Shown piece after piece: positions 1-13,093 of a stretch of DNA of 64,000 nt. How positions within the stretch are numbered: the stretch's first letter is position 1; the number at the start of each line of letters is the position of its first letter. Source of the stretch: Octopus sinensis (Eukaryota); assembly GCF_006345805.1 (NCBI RefSeq), contig NC_043001.1, positions 55,118,001-55,182,000 of the forward strand, written 5' to 3'. Both the position numbers and the translations under genes were made by a program. The notes beneath the pieces were generated by a model. That model was not told the DNA's origin, did not search any database, and worked only from the letters and a program-made list of their open reading frames with translations.

Positions 1-3000
1 GCCTTTCACATCTACCCCACAATGTCATTATAAACATACACAATCATGCCATTGAAATCTCAAAGCTACAAGGTAGTAGAGAATTAATTTAAGATATTGT
101 GAATAAATAAGCATTGTTTTTTGACAGAATAATCTGGATACTAAAGGATTAAAAAAAAGAAATATTTGATAATGAAGCTATTGGCATTTGTCATTGTGGC
201 TTTGATATCCATCCATAGTTAAAGTTGGTAATAGTAAATCAATGTGGCTTATGTTCATCAGTAGTGCTAAGCATTTTTATATCAGTAAAAAAATATTTAA
301 AAGCTGTATTCATCATTGTTAAGCTGAATAAATTATAAACTAAATATGGTAACAGTTTTATATTCTATCAAATGGTTATTAGATTTACAAGAGATAAAAT
401 GGCTGTTGCTGAGGTCATTATTTTAGCCTCAGATCAGCCTTGATCAAAGGCAATCCTTATATGACATTGCTGTTTTTGTATCTAAGACTATATTATCCAA
501 TGTGTTCTTCCTTATTTTGAAAGCAGGCATATGCATATATACACATACATGTAAATACATACGCACACACAGACACACATATGTACATATACATAGAAAG
601 ACATCATTTGTCTCTTTTACATCCACTTTCCATAATGGCATGGGTTTAATGGATAATAATTTAAGGCAGTATTTAACAGCTGGGTATTTTTTCTATCACC
701 TTGTTTTTCATGTAAGAGATTACTTGCTCTACAAGACTTTGAAAACACAGGACTACATGATGTGTTGTTCACAGGAAATGTAAATATGACGTTATTACTC
801 TTTTGCTTAGATAGTCTTATGTGAAGATGCAAAGATTTCAATATTCACACACACATGCATATATGTTTGTATATTCAGCCATGCCTGGTGTACACACATA
901 TGCACGTGCGCATGCACACACACACACACACACGTGTATGTGCACTACAGGCATAGCTGAATGCTTGAAGAGTCCACAACCTTGAAGTCACCAAGTTTGA
1001 TACCAACACTGTAGAATGCTCTGCAAATGTCTTTATTACAGCCTCAATTTGACCCAAGGCTTGAGAGCGATATTGGATAAAAAGACTGTTGAATGGACTG
1101 TACTTGTCATTCATATGTCCAGCTTTGTCAAAATATGTGACACTGATTGTACTTAAGGGATACATATGTCTAAAGAATACTCTGTCGTTTTGCATGTTAA
1201 TTCAACAAGTATGTTGTTCAACTGATTGAACAACATTTAAATTGGCTGAAGAATCCATCACACATCCACGTACATATACCAGATAAGATATGCTTTTCTT
1301 TTTATTCTTATGTAACAAAAAAATCACAAAGTGTCAAATGCAACTATTATGGAAGCGTATGATGAAACATTTAATTTCTTTTTTATATTTTATATTTTAT
1401 ATTTTCTTTTTTGTATTATGTGAGAGTGCATCTTAAATGCTGGTAAGTATGGCATATAAGCGGATCCTCAATGCTGAACTACTTGATCATATTCACCCTT
1501 CTACAGCTCATTCCCCTCTTACCTTCCCTTATTTAACCATCTTCCCTAACCCAAGATGAAATGGATATCATAAACAATTAAACAGCTAACACAACTGACT
1601 ACTCTGTACTAGTTTTAACAACATGACAAGTTACTTTCGTAAACTATGCCCATGTGTGAAGGCAGAAGATGTACGCATGTAATGTGTTCTAAGTGGGGAC
1701 CACAAGTACCCGTTACCAAAGTAACTATATACTTCCATCTGAGATAAGCTTATACCTTAATGACATGTCATTATATAAAGATTAAAATTACTCATCACAT
1801 TAAACTGGATTATGAAGAGAAGACATAAACTATGCAAAGCATCCAGTTTTAAAATTCTTTAAATTAAAAAAATGTCAAATATAATTTTATGTAATAACAT
1901 TTTAAGTTAAGCTCAAAACACCAAATTAATAAAGACTTTGTTATTTTTCTAAATTCAACCAAATTTTAATTATTTTCAAAATTTACTGACAATACATTTC
2001 ATTAGAAATATGATTACAAAAGAATATAGAAAGGTTTTTTAGTCTTTTAGAAACAGATTTTTAGCAGCAGAAACAAATTTCAATTCAATAGAAAAATTTT
2101 CAAGTAGATTCTATACAAAATAATAAATCGCATTATGAATCATGGACACATCTGCGTTCATTAACTTCATTCTTTATTAGCATTTATTCAAGCATAAAAT
2201 TTTCTTCTTACAGTACTGCATTCTTAAGTACATAGTTTTGGCATGCATTTCCAAATATTGAAGCTATTTTTAATTCATTGTTTCAAAGCTATAACTTCTA
2301 ATATTTTAAGCATTGAGAGTTTGTACACCACAGTTTGTAAGTTCCCTAGATCTTTTATTATTATTAGCTATTTTGAAAATAAAAATATAGAGAGTAGTGT
2401 ATTCACATCAGAAATATGGTCACAAATATAGCAGCGAAGCATGACAATTGGTGCAGATATAGCTGTGTGATTAAGAAACTTGCTTTCTAAACATATAGTT
2501 TTATGTTCAGTCCCACCGTGCATCATCTTGGACAAGCATTTTCTACAAAATCTCCTGGATGACCAAAGCCTTATGTGTTTATGAGTACCCTTATTTTGAC
2601 ATCATGTGATGATTGTAAATGTTACACAAGCAATGTTGTTTATTTTGAGTCTTCCAGGGGAAACTATTACTTCACTTGGAAATAGGTGAGGGTTGGAAAC
2701 AGAGAGGGCATCTGGTTGCTGAAAATCTGCTTCAACAAATTCCATCTGATCCATGCAAGCATAGAAAAGTGGATTTAAGTGGTGGTGGTGTGTGTCTTTA
2801 TACATAAAACTCATGGGTGTTTCATTTGCATGAGCAGCAAACCTCAGATCTTTGCATGATACTAAAGTAGTGTTTCTCACATTGAAAAGAAGGCAGATTA
2901 ACATATTTAATAAAATTAGGTTGATTTTAAACTTGCCCTGCACTGGCAAAGAAAGAAGAAATATATTGGGTGCAAACACTATCTTGTCATCTTATTAATA

Positions 3001-4058
3001 AAGAATGGGGACGAAAAAATTTCACTAATTTTTTTTGAGTGGGGATTTGTCAGTTTCAAAACCACTGCACTAAAAGATACTACATGGGTAAGCAGTAAGA
3101 TGCATTTAAAACACCAACTTAATTCATCAAGTAAAAAGCATGTGCTATTTCACTAAATCCTTGTTAGAGCTTTGAGTAAATACTGTGAGGTATTTGATTC
3201 AGTTCTTTACATTCTGAGTTCAAATTCAGCTGAGGTCAACTTTGCCTTTTATCATTGATAAAATAAAGTACCAGTCAATTGTTGACATTGATGTACTTGA
3301 TTAATCTCATTTCTCCCAAATTACTGAATCTGTGCCTAAATTAGGCGATTTCTCTTCTGGAAAGATAAACACACTGGACAATGTATTCTTGTTAGAACTA
3401 GGGTCACGAAGAGGCTAATAATTAGTGATATTTCATTTTATAATTGATGAGCGTTCAGCTAGAATGGTAGAGTTACATTAAAATTGTCTAGTTCAATGGT
3501 CCAAGATGCTACGTGGAGTATTACTTACAAATAAGCAAAATGTTACGGATTACTTCAAGACAAACAGATTTATCCCTAATCCCCTTAACATTATGAATCT
3601 AGCGCTATGTTCCTCTGCTCCTCCGACCTTGCTGCTTAAATAGATTTAAATTTACCCAAAAGAATTCTTTTTTATCTTCTGATCTACTCTGACGAAAATG
3701 GACAGCAAAGAAATTTAGAATCTGAAATTCTAATGCAGCTTGATTTTACTATATAAGATGAAAACGTGAATGTGGGCGACTTTAAGTATGCTTTTTCCGT
3801 ATAAATCGGAATCTTTATGACGATGAAAAAAAAATTATATAACAAACTATCGTGTCTTGATTGGAAACATGTAAGACAAGTTGAAAGCAGATAATTACTC
3901 GATGAATTCTGTTTATTTAGTCTAAATACATTGCTTCGTACACAGCGTTAAAAATGCGCGCTGCCAAATCAAAACAAAGCGGAAAGTGAAGGGAAATAAC
4001 TCAATAAAAACTTCGATTATGAGTTATTTCCCTTGAATATATATTTTTATATATATAT

Positions 4059-5375
4059 CATCATCATCATCATCATCATCATTTAACGTCCGCTTTCCAT
4101 GCTAGCATGGGTTCGACGGTTCAACTGGGGTCTGGGGAGCCCGAAAGCTGCACCAGTCCAGTCAGATCTGGCAGTGTTTCTACAGCTGGATGCCCTTCCT
4201 AACGCCAACCACTCCGAGAGTGTAGTGGGTGATTTTATGTGCCACCGACACAGGTGCCAGACGAGGCTGACAAACGGCCACGCTCGGATGGTGTTTTTAT
4301 GTGCCACCGACACGGTGCCAGACGAGGCTGGCAGACGGCCACGCTCGGATGGTGTTTTTTATGTGCCACCGACACAGGTGCCAGACGAGGCTGGCAGACG
4401 GCCACGCTCGGATGGTGTTTTTTATGTGCCACCGACACAGGTGCCAGACGAGGCTGGCAGACGGCCACGCTCGGATGGTGTTTTTTATGTGCCACCGACA
4501 CAGGTGCCAGATGAGGCTGGCAAACGGCCACGATCGGATGGTGCTTGTTACGCGCCCACAGCACGGAGGCCAGTCGATGCGGTACTGGCTACGGCCACGT
4601 TCGGATGGTTTTCTTATGTGCCACGTGCCACCGGCACTGGTACCACAAAGATACAAATTCCATTGATGTTCATCTATTTTGATTTGTTTTGATTTGATTT
4701 GATTTGATTTTCACTTGCCTCAACAGGTCTTCACAAGTGTCACAAGAAGGAAGGTATGCACAGGTGGACTGACTACGTCCCATGTAGGGCCATGGGTTAT
4801 GGCCTGACTAGTCTTGCCGGGTCTTCGGATGGTGTTTTTATGTGCCACCGACACAGGTGCTAGATGAGGCTGGCGAACGGCCACGATCGGATGGTGTTTG
4901 TCATGTGCCCACCGCACTGACTACGGCACTGATGGATTTCTTGTGTGCCACAGGCACTGGTACCACAAGATACAAATTCCATTGATGTTCATCTATTTTG
5001 TCTATTTTGATTGATTGATTTGATTTTCACTTGCCTCAACCGGTCTTCACAGGTGTCACAAGAAGGAAGGAAGGTATGCACAGGTGGACTGACTAGTCTT
5101 GCGGGTCTTCGGAAGGTGTTTTTATGTGCCACCGACACAGGTGCCAGATGAGGCTGGCGAACGGCCATGATCGGATGGTGTTTGTTACGTGCCCACAGCA
5201 CGGAGGCCGGTCGATGCGGAACTGGCTATGGCCACGTTCGGATGGTTCTCATGTGTGCCACCGGCACTGGTACCACAAAGTGTGTGCCACCGGCACTGGT
5301 ACCACAAAGATACAGATTCCATTGATGTTCATCTATTTTGATTTGTTTTGATTTGATTTTCACTTGCCTCAACAT
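4059..5375 (-). mobile_element. Young retroelement 3' end (probably RTE-clade) with nested tandem repeats
   Basis: (ATG)n tail at 4082-4059 (minus strand). The 3' block GGTTGGCGTTAGGAAGGGCATCCAGCTGTAGAAAC...GGAAAGCGGACGTTAAATGATG is shared with many short copies. About five 60-bp units at 4236-4540 and three roughly 320-bp blocks ending CACTTGCCTCAAC. CpGs intact. Confidence 0.7.
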
Positions 5376-5399
5376 ATATATATATATATATTTAAAATT

Positions 5400-6700
5400 T
5401 AGCTTTATTACCTCCGCCAAAGAAGGAGGTTATGTTTTTTGTTTAGTGTCTGCATGTTCTAAGCTCACTCTTCATATGTCAACACCAACTTCGACGGAAT
5501 CAGTGATTATAATGACCCTTTAATCTTTTAAAATCTCAGAAAATAATTACCTTTAAGCTATAATTGAAAGCATAGCTAACGCCCATTTTGCTTTTGCTGA
5601 TAGACCTATAGTAATGCATATGACCAAGTATCGAGCAGGTCAATGACAGCTCATTCTTGATATAAGCATACTGTCTAAAGAATTAGCGTTTCTGATTCAC
5701 ATGGTCGCTCTTTTAAAGTGGTATGCAGAGGGCTATGGAAGCAAATTTAAACTAAGAATAGTTTAAACTATTCTCACTTTAAACTAAGCATATCTGTTGA
5801 AGCTGTTTGTTCTTTTTGTAAATGGGTGTTTGTAACGCTTCATCGACCTATTTATTTTAGTAAACGTTTGAAATAAAATTCAGTTCTCTGTTTAGTTATA
5901 TTGCCCATGCTATTGGTTAACCTTAGGTCAATTTGTGTTTATGGAAGTTTTCATTTATATTTGAAATAATTACTAACAAGTATACAGGTGTCTGGTACTC
6001 AATAAAGTCCTCTCATTTATAAAAAGAAGCAGCATCTATACACAGATTAAGCAATAACTTTTCTGGCGTTTTACTTGCATTTAATAAATACATACTTGCA
6101 TACACATACATACAAATAGAGACAGACATATAATAAAAAAAAATTATTTAAAAATTAAGCACAATGCCACAAATTTTGTGAGATAGGATAGCTGATTTAT
6201 TGAATATCAGTCTGTTATTGGTACTAATTTCATTGAACCTAGAAGGTTGACTGGCAAAGTTGAGTTCAGCAAGGTTTGATCTCAGAAAATATAGGAACAC
6301 AACTAAATACTGCAAGACAGTTTGCAAGTTATATCCCTATATGCTCAGAGCTTAAATCCTACTTACAATAGAGCTTGCCATTTAATCTTCTGGGATCAGT
6401 AGTAGTGGCAGTAGTAGTAACAATAATAATAATAACAACAATAATAATCATAATAATAATAATAATAATAATAATCTGTATAAAGGCGTTTTTTGTAGCT
6501 AGCAACATGTGCAAGAGAAGTAAAGTGTACAAAGACAGCTTGAGTGAGAATAACGCACAAGAAGGCAATGGTGTCAAGAGAGTCACAGCCATGAGTGCAA
6601 AGAATGAAGCAAGATAGTGTGATGTGAGATACAGAATACGAGAGGGGATAGGTTGAATGGACCAGTGAATGAATGGGGCTTTAATGCGAATGCTTTCCGC
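5400..6700 (-). other. Probable Robo 3' UTR (end not determinable)
   Basis: Directly follows the stop codon. An AATAAA occurs on the minus strand at 5856-5851 but has no convincing downstream GU-rich element. Confidence 0.4.
5405..5530 (+). mobile_element. Possible Helentron/HINE terminal fragment
   Basis: TTATTACCTCCGCCAAAGAAGGAGGTTATGTTTT with ACCTCC/GGAGGT inverted repeat at 5410-5430, a start motif I recall from non-autonomous rolling-circle elements in other animals. Confidence 0.35.
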
Positions 6701-7005
6701 TCAGTTTTCAAGAGGCAATATACTCACAGTGTGCTTTGAATTGAAGCAGTTTATCTCTGATGTCTGAGTAGCATCATTGTCATTGCCACCTCGAATATTG
6801 GGTATGGTTGACCCCATTGATGATACGCTACAATCAACTACAGCAGCATCAACATCTGCAGCTTCAGTTGCAGCTGTTGTCTTAGCTTTCCCTGAAGTGA
6901 TGGACGATGGAGTTGTAGAGTGACCTTTTCCGTGGGGGCTGGTGTTGGTGTTTGGATTGGAAGGAGTGGGGTAGGTAGGTTTGTTACAAGCGGGGAGGTC
7001 TGCAA
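6701..7005 (-). CDS. robo: Robo terminal coding exon (phase-1 acceptor, TGA at 6703-6701)
   Basis: Long polypyrimidine tract ...ttttctattctcccctcctctttcag|. Reads VADLPACNKPTYPTPSNPNT...ILPLEN*; DLPACNKPTYPTPSNP resembles the ROBO1 C-terminal block DILPYCRPTFPTSNNP (from memory). Confidence 0.85.
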
Positions 7006-7339
7006 CTGAAAGAGGAGGGGAGAATAGAAAAAAAAAGAAAGAAAATAATAAAAATAACTGTAACAATAATTGAAAAGAATAAAAATCTTAAAAACAAACC
7101 AATTATAAAATTTACAAATAATAATAATAGAAATAATAATAATAAATCAATAATGAAATCATAATGAAATAACTGAATGTGACGATCATGTAAAATAATG
7201 AGGCATTAAATGTTAATTTCTTACAAATCTCATTAATTAATAATTCCTCAAATTGACAGAAATTTGCATAGTAAATGGATATAAATTACTTGAATAAATA
7301 AATTCCAGTTCATTATTGGTGCCTTATGGGAGTCTGTTG

Positions 7340-10025
7340 GGAGAAGGGGATGGGGGATCAAAGTTAACTTTGGCAGGAATTGAATTCCTAGACAAGAAGG
7401 CCAAAGCTAAATAATGTATGTCTGACACTCTACTGCATTAATATGAAATAATAATAATAATAAAACTTTCTTACATGGGCATAAGGTACCAAATATGGTG
7501 GTTGGGTGGGATCATTATAATCGATTAAATTGACTATACTTTATGCTTTATTTTATTGACCCTAAAAAGATGAAAGGCAAAGATACCCTTAACAAGATAT
7601 ATACTCAGAGTGGAAAGGGCTGAAAAAATACCACAAGGCACTGTTTATTTTATGTCATAACATTTCTGCCAGTCTACTCCCTACAAAGTATCCATAACAA
7701 TTATTTTTTATAATACTGACACAATGCCAGAAATTTGAATGGGAAGGGTTAGCTGATTATATTGACCTCAGTATATGACTGATATTTTGTTTTATTGACC
7801 CCGAAAGGATGAAAGGTAAAGTTGATCTTAAAAATGATTTCAACTCAGAACATAAAGAGCCAGAACAAGTGGTGCCAGGCATCGTCTTTGGTGTTCTATG
7901 GTTCTGCCAATTCACCAACCTACACTGTCCTTTATAAAAACAATAACAAGAACAAGAGAAATATCAAAAGTATTGGTTTCAAATTTTGGCATAAGACCAG
8001 CAACTTTTGTGGGAGGGAATAAGTTGATTATATCAACATCAGTACTCAACTGGTATTTATTTTATCCAAAAGGATGAAAGACAAAGTCGACTTCAGTGGA
8101 ATTTCAACTCAGAATATAAGGATGGACAAAATACCATTAAGCATTTTGCCTGGCATACTAATGATTCTACCAGATTGCCACCTTAGGAACATCTAAATTA
8201 TTAATTATGGTTTCTGACTTGGGTAAAAGGCCACCAATTTTTGGGAGAAGGAGCTAAATTGATGCCACTGATTCCAGTAGTTGATCAGTACTTTATTTTG
8301 TCAAACCCCAAAAAGTATAACGTTGACTCTGGTGGAATTTAAACTCATAATGTTTAAGATTTGGAATAAATACTGCTAAGTATTCTTTCATGTGGAGGCG
8401 CAGTGGCCCAGTGGTTAGGGCAGCAGACTTGCAGTCATAGGATTGCGGTTTTGATTCCCAGACTGGGCATTGTGAGTGTTTATTGAGCAAAAACACCTAA
8501 AGCTCCACAAGGCTCTGGCAGGGGGTGGTGATGAACCCTGCTGTACTCTTTCACCACAAATTTCTCTCCCTCTTCCTGTTTCTGTTGTACCTGTATTTCA
8601 AAGGCGCCAGCCTTGTCACACTCTGTGTCATGCTGAATCTCCCCGAGAACTACATTAAGAGTATACATGTCTGTGGAGTGCTGAGTCACTTGCACATTAA
8701 TAAATGAGCTGCAACGTCATTGGTGCCAATCTGTATCGGCCTTTGCCTTTCCCTTGGATAACACCGGTGGCATGGACAGGGGAGGCTGGTATGCTTGGGC
8801 GACTGCTGGTCTTCCATAAACAACCTTGCCCAGACTTGTGCCTCGGAAGGTAACTTTCTAGGTGCAATCCCATGGTCATTCATGACCAAAGGGGGTCACA
8901 ACACAATTCTTTCATATGATTTAACTCTTCAGAATTCAAACTGGCCATATTCGGCCCAAATATTCCACCTGTTTTATGTTCAAACTGACCAGATCCGGCA
9001 AGTCACACCTAACATACAATGTCATTCTAAAAGTAAACAATTACATTATCAAAATCTCAAAGCTGCAAGATAATGTATAATTAATTGAAAATAATGTGAA
9101 TACAGACACTCTACATTTGAGAGAAGGAGATTAGTTGATACCATTGTAAATTATTTTATTGATCCTGAAAGAATGAAAGGAAAAGTTGACCTCAGTAGGA
9201 TTTGAACTCACAACATAAACTGCTGGAAGAAATACAGCAAAGTTGTTTTTCTGAAGCTTTAACAATTCTTCCAATTCACTGCCCTCAACAATAATAACAA
9301 TAATAATACTTCTTTCTTTTGATTTTGTTTTTATATGACAATTATAATAATGGTTTCACATTTTGGCTCAAGGCCAATGATTTCAAGAGAGTGGGTAAAT
9401 CAATTACATTGACCCCAGTGCTTGACCAGTAATTATTTCATTGACCCTAAAAAGATGAAAGTCAAAGCAAACCTTGGCAGAATTTGAACCCAGAACATAA
9501 AGAGGAACAAAATGCCACTGAGCATTTTGTTTGGCGTGCTAATGATTCTGCCAACTTCCAATAACAATAACGACGACGACGATGATAATAATAATTCTTT
9601 CTACAATAAATACAAGGCCTGCAATTTTCAAGAAGGGAGCCAGTTGATTTCATCAAGCTAGTACTTGATTGGTACTCATTTTATCAACCCTGAAAGGATG
9701 AAAGGTGAAGTTTACCTCAGCAGAATTTGAACTCAGAATGTAAAAATGGATGAAATGCTGTAAAGCATTTTGCTTGGAGTGCTAATGATCCTGCTAGTTT
9801 GTCACCTTAATAATGATAATAGTTTCAAATCTTGGTGAAAGGCAACAATTTTAGTGCAAGGGGCAAGTTGATTATATTGATCCCAGTGCTCAACCGGTCC
9901 TTATTTTATCTACTTAAGTGATGAAAGGCAAAGTTGACCTTGGAAGGATTTGAGTGTAGAATGCAAAGAGTTGGAAGAAATGCCACTAAGCATTTTGTCT
10001 GATGCTCTAGTGATTCTGCCAATAA
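7340..10025 (-). repeat. Head-to-tail cluster of about 9 co-oriented SINE copies, interrupted by another SINE and a MITE
   Basis: Repeated block TTTATTGACCC..AAAGGATGAAAGGCAAAGTTGACCT...GAATTTGAACTCAGAA...AAGCATTTTG...ATTCTGCC separated by (AAT)n. Confidence 0.85.
8394..8905 (+). mobile_element. tRNA-derived SINE, chimeric
   Basis: A box TGGCCCAGTGG and B box GTTTTGATTCC. The body is shared with 12745-13067 and 23150-23370; the tail is shared with 60025-60210. Confidence 0.8.
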
Positions 10026-12744
10026 TTTCTTTCATTAGCCACAAAGGCCCCAAGACATTGAGAACAAGACAAAAATAAAAATCAAATACACACAAAAAAA
10101 AAAATGGGGCTTACAGAGTGTGAAAAAATATTTCAAGAAAATGTTTAACTATAAAGAATCACAAGAAAAGTTCATCAATAAAAGGAAACACCATCTTGGA
10201 TAATTCAAAAATAGAAAAACCCAAGTTACTTCATCACAACTGAGGCATCAAAAGTACCTTCTCCCTGTTTCTTGTCTTCTACTTAGAAAAGCATACTTAA
10301 GGTAGGCCCAGGCAGCCTTGCCAATCTCACCACTCATACTCATGTTTTGTTCAAGACACTAGAATGCAGCACCTCTGTCTCTACCAACACTCTCTTTATA
10401 TGATAAGAAGTTGATGAGAGTTTAGCCCAAGAGGAAAATATCTGTCCTTCATGCCATTCAAGTAAGTCCACCACATCACTTCCTTTGCCATAGCCAGCAA
10501 AGAGAGGAAGGTGAACCAAGCTTCCCTGCCAAATGAAGGTGGTATGTCAATTCTGACTAGAGACTTGTTTGATGGCTAGATTCATCCTACATGTGGCAAA
10601 AGCTGTTTAATATAAACCAACAAATTGGTAATGCATAGACACTAAACAATAACACACAGGACAGTTTTGGTGACCTGCATGCATTTTGGATAGGTTCAAT
10701 TGTTGGTACTTCCATGCTAACAGAGCTTGTTTTGAACAGTTAATCCCCCCCACCAGCACTACTATGCTAAGGATCTTTAGATCCATGGTCACTGACTCGA
10801 AAGTTCTTCAGAAAAGATTACTCAGTCTAGTCTTTCAGAGATGTCAGAAAGACATGTCACATGAAGAGCATGAAAACAAGCTCCCTTTTTGTTTTTGATG
10901 TTGTCATCATTGTTGCAGAGGGCCAGAAATTTCTACAGGTGTCTGCTTACACATCATAAACAATGGCATTCTGATACTATGATGGAGCAAAGTGTTGGCA
11001 GCAGATGGATTTCCTGACCTGTGGATTGTATTCTTTCCTTAAAATGATTAAATACATACACACACACACATATCATCATCATTATCATTTAATGTCTGCT
11101 TTCCATGTTGGCATTGGTTGGATTGTTTGACAGGCTTCGGTGTCTGTTTATGGCTGGATGCCCTTCCTAATACCAACCACCCTGCAGAATGGACTGAGTG
11201 CTTTTTATGTGGCACCAACACTGATGGGGTCACCAAGTAACTTGCAAGACAAAGATCCTTTGAGAGAAGAGGGGGTATTGGAGGAAGTGACCTTGTGCCA
11301 GGTGATGAAAGGTTAGAGTGTGACAGAGAGACATCGAAACAGGCGTGTTGCTGTAGAGGAGATACATGATTACCTGATGAGAGAGAGAGAGAGAGATCAA
11401 GAATGAGGACAGGAACAAGTATGTTGCTGTAGAAGAGATACATGGTTACCTAGTCAAAGGGAGAGAGCAAGAAAAAGAGAAAGTAGATGAGAATGAGTGC
11501 AAGACAGTGCAGGAGAGAGATGGTTGCGAAGTGCTAGGGCATACTCACAAGGAAGGAAAATCAGAATATAAAAGGGATGGAAGAGTTGAGCAAGAGAGAG
11601 ATAGATTTTGGTGAAATGCCAGGGCATACCCTCAGTGTATGGGGGGTGTATCAAAATATAAATGGTTAGATAATGCCAAAGGTGCATGAGTAGGGAGTAG
11701 AGACAACATATACATACATATATAGACACAGGAGTGGGCATGACTATGTAATTAAAAAGTTTGCTTTGCAATCACATGATTTCAGGTGATTGAAATTGGA
11801 AGTCTTGAAACTCTAGAGAAGTCTCTGTATGTGTGCGTGTGTGAGAGAGAGAAAGAGAGTGTGTGTGCGTGAGAGAGAGAGAGAGAGAGTGAGAGAGGGA
11901 GAGAGTGTGTGTGTTTCGAGGTGTCTTTGCATTGATACTGTTTGTACAGCAATGATGTCTGTTTGTACCTCACATAAATAACATGTCCTACAGGTTGGGC
12001 GATTGATGTATGAAGACCAGTGAATTATATTGCCTTACTTGAAAAAACAATGTTAAAGTCAGCTTTAGGAAGAGCATCTGGTTATAGAATATTAGAATAT
12101 TACTGCAAGAAATCTAATGCAACTCTTGCTGTCATGGAAAACGCAGACATGAAAAATTATGGAGTTTATGATTGCATTTATGACAAGAAATCTGTTACAC
12201 AAGATTTTAAACTGTCACACTTTCCCCTTTCTCCATGAGCCCACACAAATCTCAACCCTCATCCCCACAACTTTTCCATCAGATGTAAAGGAGAAACAAA
12301 CTGACTTTAGATATTTCAATTAAATTATTTCTCAATATTTTTTTTATTAACTAACGACATTTATTTTAATTAAAATAAAATTTTAAAAACTCAGTCAACT
12401 AATAGAAAGTTCATATAAAATAATATTATCTAATTGATATTTAATTATTCAATTTAAGTAATGAATTTAGAAACAACCAAAACAACCAAAACAGAAATAA
12501 AAAAAAATTACAACTGTAAATAAATCTGTTAAAATTGCTGTTCGTATTTATATTACTTTTAGTTAAACAACATCCTAATTTCATTAATCAGATATATGGG
12601 ACTCATTCAGAAAAAATACAACGGGCGTACTATGAATCGTTTGCTTACTATGCCAAATTGTTTTTGTCCTGTATGTAGTTGTTACACTCTTTCTTTCTCT
12701 CACTCATACACTCACTATCTATCTATTTATCTACCTACCTACAA

Positions 12745-13067
12745 CTGGCACTCAGTTGGTTATGATGATATGGGTTCCAATTGATCTGATCAACAGAAAA
12801 GCATGCTTGTGAAATTAATACACAAGTGGCTGAGCGCTCCATAGACACACATATTCTTAATGTTGTTCATAGGGTAATTCAGCATGACACACAATGTGAA
12901 AAGACTGGCCCTTTGAAATACAAGTATGACTCAATTTTGCCAGCTGAGTGAACTGAAGCAACGTGAAATAAAGTGTCTTGCTCAAGGACACAACAAACTG
13001 CTGAGAGTTGGAACTCATGACCTCATGATTATGAGCTGAACACTCTAACAACTAAGCCATGTGCCTT
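12745..13067 (-). mobile_element. tRNA-derived SINE
   Basis: Minus-strand head GGCACATGGCTTAGTTGTTAGAGTGTTCAGCTCATAATCATGAGGTCATGAGTTCCAACT followed by GTGTCCTTGAGCAAGACACTTTATTTCAC. Confidence 0.8.
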
Positions 13068-13093
13068 CACCCATGCATGCATGCATCTATCAA

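Noticed and set aside
875-1195. 106-aa minus-strand ORF with partly ordinary composition
   Set aside because: No recognisable domain, runs into a (GT)n tract, and has no convincing splice sites.
4236-4540. CRISPR-like appearance of the 60-bp array and of the 49-bp array at 57313-57660
   Set aside because: The units are contiguous with no unique spacers, there are no cas genes, and the context is eukaryotic.
4083-5351. Overlapping ORFs up to 197 aa with repeated peptides (VPDEAGRRPRSDG, MCHRHRCQ)
   Set aside because: Open on both strands and in several frames because of the 60-bp GC-rich tandem unit; no splice or homology support.
6359-6617. Hydrophobic ORFs on both strands resembling membrane peptides
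   Set aside because: The hydrophobic run is the (AAT)n/(ATT)n repeat just after the Robo stop.
8394-8470. tRNA-like sequences (also about 59891-59965 and 12990-13067)
   Set aside because: A and B boxes are present, but there is no closing acceptor stem and each continues into a SINE body.
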